Source: Macrostomum lignano (taxonomy: Eukaryota). Taken from it: a stretch of DNA of 58,482 nucleotides. Numbering within the stretch: position 1 is the stretch's first letter; each line of letters begins with the position of its first letter. Under the pieces are notes generated by a model. That model saw only the letters and a list, made by a program, of their open reading frames with translations. It made no database searches and had not been told where the DNA came from. The translations under genes were made by a program, and so were the position numbers. The stretch is from NCBI GenBank assembly GCA_002269645.1, contig NIVC01004139.1, positions 1 through 58,482 of the forward strand. Reading direction: 5' to 3'. This document shows positions 48,801-58,482 of the stretch, piece by piece.

Positions 48801-49494
48801 ACCAATTCTTGTGGACTGCTATTCATACTCAGTATTATTTTCTATCCAAATAAGAAGACATTCAGATGTATGCAAAGTGGTGCAATATTCTTTCCAAATA
48901 TTTTCCTGAATTTTGCAGAGCGTCATGTGGGCTCAACCCCAGCTTGGCATTAGAGCAACTCAAGATCGGGACAATCGATCAGTAGAGGGCCTGCTTAGAA
49001 TCCTGCTTGATCTGTGCCGCCAAATGCTGCCTCCGTCTGGCACTCAGCCAAATCGATTCCAGATCATCGCCGATACTATTCGCAATCTGCGCTTCGCTCT
49101 TGGTCGCGTTCTAATCGATAAACAGTCGTTCAATTCGGCCGAGAAAGTCTACATAGCCGTGCTCCGCTCTGGCGGTGCCCCCGGCCGCCTTATCTGTCAG
49201 CTTGTCAATAGCAATAATAGCAACTCCGCCAGCTCGGCTAGTTCAACTTGTAATAGCGACGCCGATGTTTTTGGTAGCATCGATTGGAGTTCGGTGTCCT
49301 CGCCTGACCTGCTCAACGCTCTGGCCGCGGCTGCTCGCATTCTAGCCGATGTTGTTTATAGAGAGCTGGATCGTCCAAGTCGCAGTTGCGAGCTGCTGCG
49401 CGACTGGGCCGCGAAAGCTGAGCTGGCTGCTGGTAGCCTTCGCCAACAGCAGCAGCAGCAACCTCTGCAGGATGAGCAGCAGCAGCATGATTGA
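45805..49494 (+). CDS. RING/B-box/coiled-coil (TRIM-like) E3 ligase with a helical-repeat C-terminus, about 655 aa; 1-bp frameshift in exon 1
   Basis: Exons 45805-46016, 47158-48339 and 48919-49494, all phase 0. RING CDIC..YRD(P)[23 protein letters not shown] needs one extra C at 45867-45868. B-box-like [21 protein letters not shown]. Confidence 0.8.
46320..46590. repeat. 33-bp minisatellite (AGGAAGGAGCATTCGGGATGGTCTTACTCAATT), TRIM-like intron 1
   Basis: About 8 units. Confidence 0.95.
48413..48825. repeat. 32-bp minisatellite (CCACCTTGGAGGACTGCTATCCACTTTCTCGT), TRIM-like intron 2
   Basis: About 12 units. Confidence 0.97.
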
Positions 49495-50327
49495 ACATTG
49501 AAGTGGAAACGTTTCAATCAATAGTTCGGAGTGCATCAGACACTAAACAAATTCGTTTTGTTCTTTTTCTTTGTTAACCACATTTTGATTTAAACGAGTA
49601 ATAAACAAAACAAACAAAGAAATTTGGCTTCTTTTTTATCGAAGCAGTTTGTTTTGTTCAGTTAGGCGTTAATTGAATCATCTTCCAGTTTGTTGGACCT
49701 CTATGCTGTTGGACTTTATTTACGGATAAGATGTGTTTTCTATCAGTGTCGGTTTATATCGTTATTCTGTGCGTTGGCCTTGTTTGCCGAACATTAGAAT
49801 TTTTCACAATTCAGTCTTAATAGCAGCTTCTAGTAATATTATATCTATAATTGTTTACAAGAAGTTTAGAATAGTCTGTTTATTGTTTGCATTTGTCTTT
49901 AATAGTTGCATTATCAGTTCCCCTTTCCTTTTTCACTCCCCAAACCTCTGTTTTTTCGTTTCTACATCGATGTTACTTTGTTTTTTGTCAGCTTTTCTGC
50001 GGAAAAAATACAAGCCGTTTTGAATTTACATCTTTTAGTGAAAATTTTTTGAGCTTTTTGCTATTGTCTTGTCTTTTGCTTTTTTGTTCGCTTCCACTGT
50101 TGCGACCAAAAGTCTAATATTAGAGTGCAGTGCAGTAGTATTTGTCAGGCCAGCCAGCGCCCATAAACCAAAAACAAAATATTTTTTTTATATTTTCTAA
50201 TTTTAATCGGGGGATTGAAAATATTTAGCTTGATGGTTATTGAGCTCGTAAAATTGAACCGAAATCCAGTTTGCACTGAGCCGCTATAGAAATTACCACA
50301 GGACACGATTCCTGTTAAATCTTGGTT

Positions 50328-51352
50328 GTCCAGGACGTCTTGTCGCCTGTTAAATATTGGTGTCCATGACATCTTGTCGCCTGTTAAATATTAGTGTCCA
50401 TGACATCTTGTCGCCTGTTAAATATGGGGTCCAGGACATCTTGTCGCCTGTTAATCTTGGTGTCCAAGAAATCTTGTCGCCTGTTAAATATTAGTGTCCA
50501 AAACATCTTGTCGCCTGTTTAATATTGGTGTCCAAAACATCTTGTCGCCTGTTAATCTTGGTGTCAAGGACATCTTGTCGCATGTTAATCTTGGTGTCCA
50601 AGACATCTTGTCGCCTGTTAATCTTTATATCCAAGACATCTTGTCGCCTGTTAGTCTTGGTGTCAAGGACATCTTGTCGCCTGTTAAATATTGGTGTCCA
50701 GGACATCTTGTCGCCTGTTAATCTTGGTGTCAAGGACATCTTGTCGCATGTTAATCTTGGTGTCCAGGACATCTTGTCGCCTGTTAATCTTGGTGTCAAG
50801 GAAATCTTGTCGCATGTTTATCTTGGTGTCCAAGACATCTTGTCGCCTGTTAATCTTGGTGTCCAAGACATCTTGTCGCCTGTTAATCTTGGTGTCCAAG
50901 ACATCTTGTCGCCTGTTAGTCTTGGTGTCCAAGAAATCTTGTCGCCTCTTAAATATTGGTGTCCAAGACATCTTGTCGCCTGTTTAATATTGGTGTCCAA
51001 AACATCTTGTCGCCTGTTAAATATTGCTGTCCAGGGCATCTTGTCGCCTGTTAAATATTGGTGTCCAAGACATCTTGTCGCCTCTTAATCTTGGTGTCAA
51101 GGACATCTTGTCGCATGTTAATCTTGGTGTCCAGGACATCTTGTCGCCTGTTAATATTGGTGTCAAGGACATCTTGTCGCATGTTAATCTTGGTGTCCAG
51201 GACATCTTGTCGCCTGTTAATCTTGGTGTCAAGGACATCTTGTCGCATGTTAATCTTGGTGTCCAGGACATCTTGTCGCCTGTTAATCTTGGTGTCAAGG
51301 ACATCTTGTCGCATGTTAATCTCGGTGTCCATGACATCTTGTCGCCTGTTAA
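50328..51352. repeat. 33-34-bp minisatellite (GACATCTTGTCGCCTGTTAATCTTGGTGTCCAA)
   Basis: About 30 units; a paralogous short array lies at 52521-52690. Confidence 0.97.
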
Positions 51353-52193
51353 ACCTTGGTGTTCAGTATAGGATTTCTAACCTACATAGATGCGGTGTAG
51401 TTTTTTATGCCCCCTAATGTAGCTACGCAGTGCGCGCTCGTGTGGCATTTTGCATCAGGCCAGACCAGCGCTTCTCTCTCCCTCATGACCGCTCTGCCGC
51501 CATGGCCAACGGCCCCTCCTGCACTATAAATATACACGATCTTGTAGCCCAAAGAGGCACTGCTGGTTTTAGATCTAGAATGTGACGTCAGATAAAAGCA
51601 TCTCCGGTGTTGTTTGTTCCTCCGCTGTCTGAAGGCAGAAGATAACCGGTGTTATGAACATCACAAAGCATCGCGTTATACTCGTATTCAGGTCATTTGT
51701 AAAGCTACGTTTTGGCATTTCCGAAGCCAGGTTCCACTGCGGGGCGGGCTGTTGTTACTCGGCAATATGCTGCGAGCATAAAAGTTTATAGTCCTAATAT
51801 TTAAAGGCCTAATATTGTAAGTCGCAACACCTGTGCATACGAGCTATCAGTCAGTAACACAATCGAAATATAAATCGATGAGCTTGCGGGGTAAAATGGC
51901 AAAACTTTGACCTCTTCAATTTAGCTTGTTGCACGTGTTTCTGACTGCTAGCAAGTCTGCTTCTGCTTTGAGCTACGGTCTACTGTTTGGTAAAAAGACA
52001 TTTTATAGCTAGCTCGTATTTTGATAAACTTCCATGCACGATAATTATAAAAAAGCGTTTACTTTTTAATTATAAACTGGAACCTATGCAACAGAATAAA
52101 GTTTGAAATGTCAATGCTAGTGATATAATATCCTTAATTTATAGCATGACTTTTCTACTGACTCAAATGCATGCTTCAGGCTCATCGCTAGGA

Positions 52194-55100
52194 ATGAATT
52201 CTACTGAGCCATATCCTCTGCGCCTGGCCTTGACCGCGGCGCAGGCGCATGTACTGGCAATGCGGGCGTCAAATTTCAACAGTGGTAGCGCAGAGATTCG
52301 CGCCAAATTTCTCATTATTCACGATCAGTTGCAAGAATCTGATTCAGCGAATCCTGCCAAATTCGTGTGTAACGCTGCACCGTTCATGTTTGTGTGAAAT
52401 AAGTCGACCTAATGTGATATTTTTGTCATACTGATCGTAACATCTGTTAGTTGTGTTTGGAACGCTCTTTGGGACAGTGAATATTCATCCGAAAATCCTT
52501 TCTGTCGTACAATAAATTTTAGTGTCCAGGATATCTTGTCGCCTGTTAAATATTGGTGTCCATGACATCTTGTCGCCTGTTAAATATTGGTGTCCATGAC
52601 ATCTTGTCGCCTGTTAAATATTGGTGTCCATGACATCTTGTCGCCTGTCAAATATTGGTGTCCATGACATCTTGTCGCCTGTTAAACCTTGGTGTTCAGT
52701 ATAGGATTTCTAACCTACATAGATGCGGTGTAGTTTTTTATGCCCCACTGTAGCTACGCAGTGCGCGCTCGTGTGACATTTTGCATCAGGCCAGGCCAGC
52801 GTTTCTCTCCCCTCATGACCGCTCAAAAAATGTTGATTTTTTAATTTAGTTTTTTTCGGGTTCCTGTGGATATGAAAGCAAGCACAGACAGTCTTCCCAT
52901 AAATGACTCACTTTGTCTCACTTGTCTCTACGCAGATTCTCCAGCTGTTCGGCGACACTGAGACCTGCTCGGCTGCTTGCAGGCGCCTGTTGAAAAACAT
53001 GTGCAGCGGTAACTCCGACAGGTGTGCTAAAATATTATTATTTTTTCTTCATACTTTCTAGAACAAAGTTTGCATTGCTATGCCATAATTCTCTAACAAG
53101 TGCCTCTATTCCCCACTCCAGGCCGTCCACTCTGCGCATGCTGCTCGACCCGGCACACGTCGGCAAAATTGTCGGTCGCGGCGGCGTCACGATCAAGAAT
53201 ATCCAATTCGAGAGCCACGCCAAAGTGTTTATTTTTGAGTGAGTAAATGTGGAGTTTCTTAGTTCAAAATCGAATCGATTCTGCCCGATCGTCAGACATG
53301 TACACCCCACGGCCAGTTTTTTGTTCGCGATCCTCAAATGAATGCGGCCGCTCAGGGAATCGAACCAGGTGTTGTGGCGCGAGTCAGACGCGTTTACCGC
53401 TGAGCAGTGCGATCTTTGATGTCCATTTTCATTGTGTTAAAGTTGAAGGCATCGACACAGGTCCTACAGTCGAAACAGACTCGAGCACTTGACGTTCCGA
53501 CATCTCGAAGAGGCCTAAAAAGGCGCTGCTTTGAACCCCAGAATAACCAGATCATTCTTGGCCGTGTGCTACCCAGCCACAGACGCAGGGAAATGAAACC
53601 CCCCCCCAAGCGGTCGTCGTGCTCAATTCGCCATGCGACCCATACCGTCGCGGACATTCGCGCATTGAGACGTTTCTAACAAAGAATAAAGACCTTTGCT
53701 GGTAGTGACCTTCAGGCTATTCACCTCACCCCGCTTGAGGCCACTCCCTGTCCCTCTGAACTTTTTCGCGAGCGTGTGAGCACTAAGGGTCTTTGACTCG
53801 TCAGCGTCTTTGTATCTATCCAATAACCAGTTGTGTCACTCGCAAAGAATGCGCTCATCTACTCTTTTCAGTACCAAAATTAGCGTTTTTTGTTCGTGTA
53901 GAAAAATGAAAAAAACTAGTACAATTTTCTAGACATTTTTAAAGTTTTTGAAGCTTCAACAATCGCCTGTGGCTGTCTACAAGCTGCATGTTTCACGGAC
54001 TACAGACTGCCTGAATTTAGGAGCGAAGATTGCGGGAAAACTTTCTCATATGCTCCTTTCTTCCTTTCTTATTTCTTTGATTCATAGATGGGAGAGGTTT
54101 CTGCGGGTCGTGGTTCGCTTTCAAAATCTCGGCTTGGCATGCAAATGATATTTCAGCACTCCTCTGGCACTGATGACCGAATGCAGCCAGTCTGTGGCTT
54201 TCACATTGGCCAAAGTGGCTCTGGTTCGCGGCTCACTTACGGCCGTAGCCTCGGCTATTGAGCAGCTGCTGGCGCTGTCTCGCAGTTTGTACCTGGCCAA
54301 TCCGCCAATCTCGCTAGTGCCAAAGCGGCTATGGCTGAGACTCCAGCAGCTCGGACACTGGTTGGATAATCCGAACAGTTTGTAGACGCGTTTCTAGCTG
54401 CGCGCTCCATCAATCGCAAGGCTCAGAGGCTGGCTGGCCGGCTATTCTATGGGAAGAGCGGGCGCTTCAACGACAGCTGGAATAGCGGCTTGGCTGAGAC
54501 TTTGAATGCCGCTGAGGTTGCTGCTGCTTCCAAAGAATCTTTGGGTAAGGCCAAGTACGGGTGTTAAATAGTAAAATAGAATCTTAGACAGTAAGCTCAC
54601 CAGGTAAGTACCTTACCTGGCGTTTTTTTTAGTGCTTTATCTGGTGTTTTTAGTGCTTCATCTGGCGTTCTAGTGCCTCACTTGGCGTTTAGTGTCACAC
54701 CTGGCGTTTATTGCCTACTTTTGGTGTCTCACGTGACTTTATTACCTACTTATGGTTCCTGCATGCATCTTACTCCGTACCTCACATCCTTAAGGGTTCC
54801 CAGTGCCGAAGAATATCTACCGAATTCTCCCGCACTGCCAAAGCCTCCATCGCTGGATTTCAGTCCGGGAGCTGCACTGCCTGGTCCACCTGACCTGCTT
54901 GTATTCGCCAGTGGGTGTCGAGCTAATAAAATCGGCTTTCAAAGCCGGCAAAGCCGCCGCTGCCGCTGTCGGACACGAGCTGACCGTCCGTGTGGTCGGG
55001 TCGCCGGAGTACCGCCTGATTCTGAAGCCGGCAGCCTCCGCCAGTGCCGCCTCTCCAACCGTTCCAAGCGAAGCCGCAATGTCCGCCGTCTTAACCGAAA

Positions 55101-55417
55101 TTCAATCATGGATCGCTTCGGCTGGCCAAGCTGACGGCTGCGAATTCCGCGTCCTCGACCGTGGGCCGACGGACTCGAAGATCCACCGTCAGCAGCTGCT
55201 GGCTCTGCTGCGCGAAGTCGGAGGCGGGACTCCAGCGTCGACAGCGAATCGGACGGCGATAAAGAAAACGACAGCAAGGAAGAAGAGGGACCCGTCTGCG
55301 AGAAGCAGCCTACTTGGAAGCCAAGCGTCAAAGGTGCGCTGGGCCGCGACAGCTGGCATTTCGCTTTCGGCGTCACCTTTTTCAAGAATGCCGGCTCTTC
55401 CATTGCCCGCTGTCTGA
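52194..55417 (+). CDS. Tandem KH-domain protein fused to eIF2-alpha-like helical and C-terminal domains; 1-bp frameshift in exon 4
   Basis: Exons 52194-52364 (acceptor at 52178-52179), 52936-53021, 53122-53238, 54157-54544 and 54804-55417; phases 0,2,2,1 once one C is added at 54371-54372. KH motif LRMLLDPAHVGKIVGRGGVTIKNIQFESHAKV...VRGSLTAVASAIEQLL. C-terminal LTCLYSPVGVELIKSAFKAG..LTVRVVGSPEYRL..GCEFRV..TD..QQLLALLRE aligns by eye with eIF2-alpha domain 3. Confidence 0.72.
52521..52824. repeat. Short copy of the 33-34-bp array plus a 141-bp unique tail duplicated from 51351-51494
   Basis: About 5 units, then AAACCTTGGTGTTCAGTATAGG...CTCATGACCGCTC, nearly identical to 51351-51494. Confidence 0.93.
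54615..54712. repeat. Degenerate tandem repeat of about 20 bp (ACCTGGCGTTTTTAGTGCT), KH gene intron 4
   Basis: About 5 diverged units. Confidence 0.75.
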
Positions 55418-55599
55418 GTCGCAGCTTAGACGACTGCTATTGCTAGAGCAGGTGTGCTCTGGGCTACTTGCATAGCTGCAATGATTCCAGAGACAATACA
55501 GTAGTTGTGAATGGTTGTTACAGTTGCAACCAGTTTGAACTCATCAGCAGCATTATAAACTGTCAGCTTCACCTTGAACCAAGGGCTCAAGGTCTCTCC

Positions 55600-55753
55600 C
55601 AGCTCGTTTCTCTCCTCTCCTCTTAGGCTCCTCTCGTCGATCCTCGCCTTTCCTCTCCTCTCTATTCCTCTCCTTTCCTCTCTCATCTGGCCGCCCCAAG
55701 CATGAGCTGGATTCTTCGTCTGGCCCTTGAGATAAAAAGTTTGCCGACTCTTG
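55600..55753 (-). mobile_element. hAT/Charlie-like MITE remnant
   Basis: Reverse complement reads CAAGAGTCGGCAAACTTTTTATCTCAAGGGCCAGA..., a MER58/Charlie-type end, and shares CTCTCATCTGGCC and the CT tract with the other two copies. Confidence 0.55.
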
Positions 55754-57444
55754 CTTTAGAACAAAATTTGTTTGTTTAGTTGGCTGCAGCAGTCACCCTG
55801 TGGTGGTGGTGGTTTTCTCTGCAATCCTTTGTCAGACTCGTGTACCAGATATTTAAAAGGTTTTTTATTTTTTCAAGTTTCATTCGAAAATTGACTGGTG
55901 ATTCTTAAATGTGCGTTAAAAAATCAATCGATTTGGTTTGAGGTGCTACAAATAAAGCTTTTATGATTGACATCGGACTTGTATTTCCAATCGCAGAAAC
56001 CAATCGGAATGTGCAGCGAATAGGCTCTGGTGCTGATAAACCGCCAGCACAAAGCCTATTATAATTGATATCGCCTCTGAAAGCTACAGTACCTACATGT
56101 ACTAGATCAACTGCTAGCCAAAAACAACAAAATTAAGCGCAGTCAGTTATTAAAAAAACATAAGCATCATGCCACAGTGCGGCTAAAGAAGGCCGTCCTA
56201 GCGACTGAATCTGGGCGTTGAATGGTAACCGTCAGCAAGCTTATAGGAACTCGCTGGGACTCGCGAACAACTTCCAACAATGCTCGAGCAATAGAACTTT
56301 CAACTAATCGGCCCCATTTACATGTATGGTGTGGTTCTATTTTGAGGCGATGTCATTTCTATAAAAGTACATTTACATGAACTGAATCTGTCCTACATGT
56401 AGTGTCCCTAGTGTAGTATTAATTACACAAGTGTAATTTAATTAGCAAACAGAATCGCTGTTACTACCGTTTATATTCTACCTACATGTGCATGTACACG
56501 CTCCCCCGCCGTTGGGCATAGCCGCTAAGCCGGGACTTCACCTGTGGATACGCACAGGCTTGCAGCTTTTCTTTAATAATTATTGCGCAACCTTGCAAAA
56601 ACTACAATAGATTGGCCTCAGATTCTTTGCTTACTACCTTTCAGTAGGTGATCTCTTGCTATAACTGGCCAACAAAACCAGTAAACCAATGGAAAAATAA
56701 TAAGCAGTCCAGTGCGTGATTTTCGATTACATAAAGGTTCGACATGACCGCAAATTAATAGGCGTATTGCATTCCAATTACTCGTATATTAACATTAATT
56801 AGCATCAGAGTATGAGTTCATTATTTCTTAATGACTATAAAATTAGTACACACCAAACACCGATAAAGTATGAAAGGAAGCAGGCTCTGTTCGATGGTGT
56901 ACGTTAGTATTGGTACGATAAGCTACTGAGAGTACTATATTACACGTACTTTAGGAAACCTATCACTAAGGTATTTAATGACAACAAGCAGAGGCGGGTT
57001 GATTAAAAAGGTGACGCAAAATTGCATGCCCCAATTTTTTACTTTTGCTACTCTTAGTAGTCTGACTCGGACTTTCTATTGACGAATAAATTAGCAGAAA
57101 TTTAAAACAAATACAGTTAGCTCTGACTTGGATTGTTGTAACTAAATAACAAAGCTAAAAAAACACAACAGCAACTAAAAACCAACAAAACTAAAAATCA
57201 AAAAACAAACCGAACATTAAAATTCAAGCACAGCTTTAAATTACATATTGTACTGTAAACTACCATAATAATTCCATAAAGAAAACTAACTCTGCGAAAA
57301 CGAGTAGCATGCGATACATTAATGATAAGAGTGCCATTCCGATAGTCTTTAGTCAGTTAAAATATTATCTGCGATGTGTAACATAGGACTTCATCGTTAA
57401 TCAATAAATCCATTTCATTTATTTTTACGCTAATCTAACTAAAT

Positions 57445-57566
57445 CATTTTTGCGCAAATCTAACTAAATCATTTTGGCGCCAATCTAACTAAATCCTTGT
57501 GGCGCCAATCTAACTAAATCATTTTGACGCCAATCTAACTAAATCCTTGTGGCGCCAATCTAACTA
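57445..57566. repeat. 25-bp minisatellite (GCGCCAATCTAACTAAATCATTTTG)
   Basis: About 5 units, downstream of R3HDM4. Confidence 0.9.
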
Positions 57567-57735
57567 TTCATTGCTAGGCCCAAAAATACAAATCTATTTT
57601 AGCACTATATATTACAAATTCATTTTCGTGCGGAACCTGCTGTTATGGCGCCAGAGAAGCCCTAACACACACACATCGGCTCCAACCCAGCCAGACCCTA
57701 TCTAGCGCTGTTAAAGCTCTCGAGCGAGGACATCA

Positions 57736-58482
57736 TCAGGACGGCGCGCTCCGGCGCGCTCTCAGCACGGCTAGGTGGGCGGTCAGGCTGCCAGCGGGGG
57801 GCGGTACGGTCGATTCGGCCATCGCCGAACGCAGACACAGCGCGCGGTGCCGCCGCCGCTGGTGCTGCCATTTTCAGCCTCCTCAGAGGCCGACTGGAGG
57901 CCCAGATAGCCTGCGGCGCTGTGCACCACGAGACGGTCGCACGGCGCCAAAGGCCGCTCACCCAGTCCGCCAGGCGCGCAGCCGTCCTTTGTTGAAATTA
58001 AAAATTGGAATCAAATAAAGGTAAAATTTATGCGACGGAAAATAAAGTACAGTAAGTACTGCCACCTGTCAATCAGTACCTCTCACTGCCACCTGTCAAT
58101 CAGTACCTCTCACTGCCACCTATCAGTGTCTCCCACTGCCACCTGTCAATCAGTACCCATCACTGCCCACCTGTCAATCAGTAGCCATGGATACTCGGAG
58201 CCATGGAACTCCCGGCTCACCTGGAACAGGTCCCGCAGCTCGGTCTCCAGCCTGCCAAGTTCGGCATGGAAGCGGCTACCCGGTGTTGCTCGGTGCAGCG
58301 CAAAGTCCGGCAGTGCGCTCAGGCGGCTCCAGGCCTGGCCGGCGGTGGCCACCCGCGGCCGGCTGCACCAGCACCGCCTTAGCTCGGTGTCCTCCGCCAG
58401 CTGCTCCTCCTCCTCGTCCTTGTCGCCGCCGGCTTTGGCCAGAAAGTCGGCCTGCTGTTCGTCCGTTAATTCGTTGAACTGG
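57736..58482 (-). CDS. R3HDM4: R3H domain-containing protein 4, 3' part (5' end outside the window); 1-bp frameshift near the C-terminus
   Basis: Exons from beyond 58482 to 58221, and 57986-57736. QFNELTDEQQADFL, GQAWSRLS, LGRLETELRDLF, PCDRLVVHSAAGYLGLQSASE and YRPP(AGSLTAHL) parallel human R3HDM4 as I recall it. The last motif needs C7 instead of C6 at 57796-57801. Confidence 0.82.
58062..58184. repeat. 27-bp minisatellite (CACTGCCACCTGTCAATCAGTACCTCT), R3HDM4 intron
   Basis: About 5 units. Confidence 0.9.

Noticed and set aside
5048-51417. Other repeat-derived ORFs in the track (5627-6077, 8027-9435, 11840-12336, 30873-31550, 46354-46635, 48388-48953, 50491-51417), and a CRISPR reading of the arrays
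   Set aside because: The units are head-to-tail with no unique spacers, mostly lie in introns, and have no cas genes nearby.
53394-53823. Antisense ORFs inside KH gene intron 3
   Set aside because: Short, interrupted by stops, and no recognisable family.
20106-55403. Antisense or alternative-frame ORFs over real exons (e.g. 20106-20546, 21661-22260, 37715-38183, 47382-47823, 54939-55403)
   Set aside because: These are shadow ORFs expected from GC-rich coding sequence.

Overview
This is animal nuclear DNA, not prokaryotic. It has GT-AG spliced genes with GC-rich exons, and most large introns contain their own minisatellite array. The style best fits a macrostomid flatworm such as Macrostomum, but that is inference, not a database result. 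Genes reconstructed by hand: WDR33 (minus, 11 coding exons); an intronless Gln/Gly/Met/Cys-rich orphan ORF; a 4-exon Lys/Glu-rich protein; MRPL37 (plus, 5 exons); intronless kish/TMEM167; an intronless Tctex1-domain dynein light chain; a RING/B-box/coiled-coil (TRIM-like) gene; the 3' part of R3HDM4; and a 5-exon gene encoding two KH domains fused to what look like the helical and C-terminal domains of eIF2-alpha, without the S1/Ser51 domain. The KH-eIF2-alpha fusion is the best candidate for an undescribed system. Three genes each need one extra C in a C-run to stay in frame, which points to assembly homopolymer errors. Three nearly CpG-free blocks lie directly 5' of WDR33, MRPL37 and the TRIM-like gene. 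Also present are a perfect 83-bp palindrome, several MITE or DNA-transposon relics, and enrichment of the octamers TAGGCCTA and TACATGTA. I found no rRNA, tRNA or CRISPR array. All homology calls and counts were made by eye, without searches.
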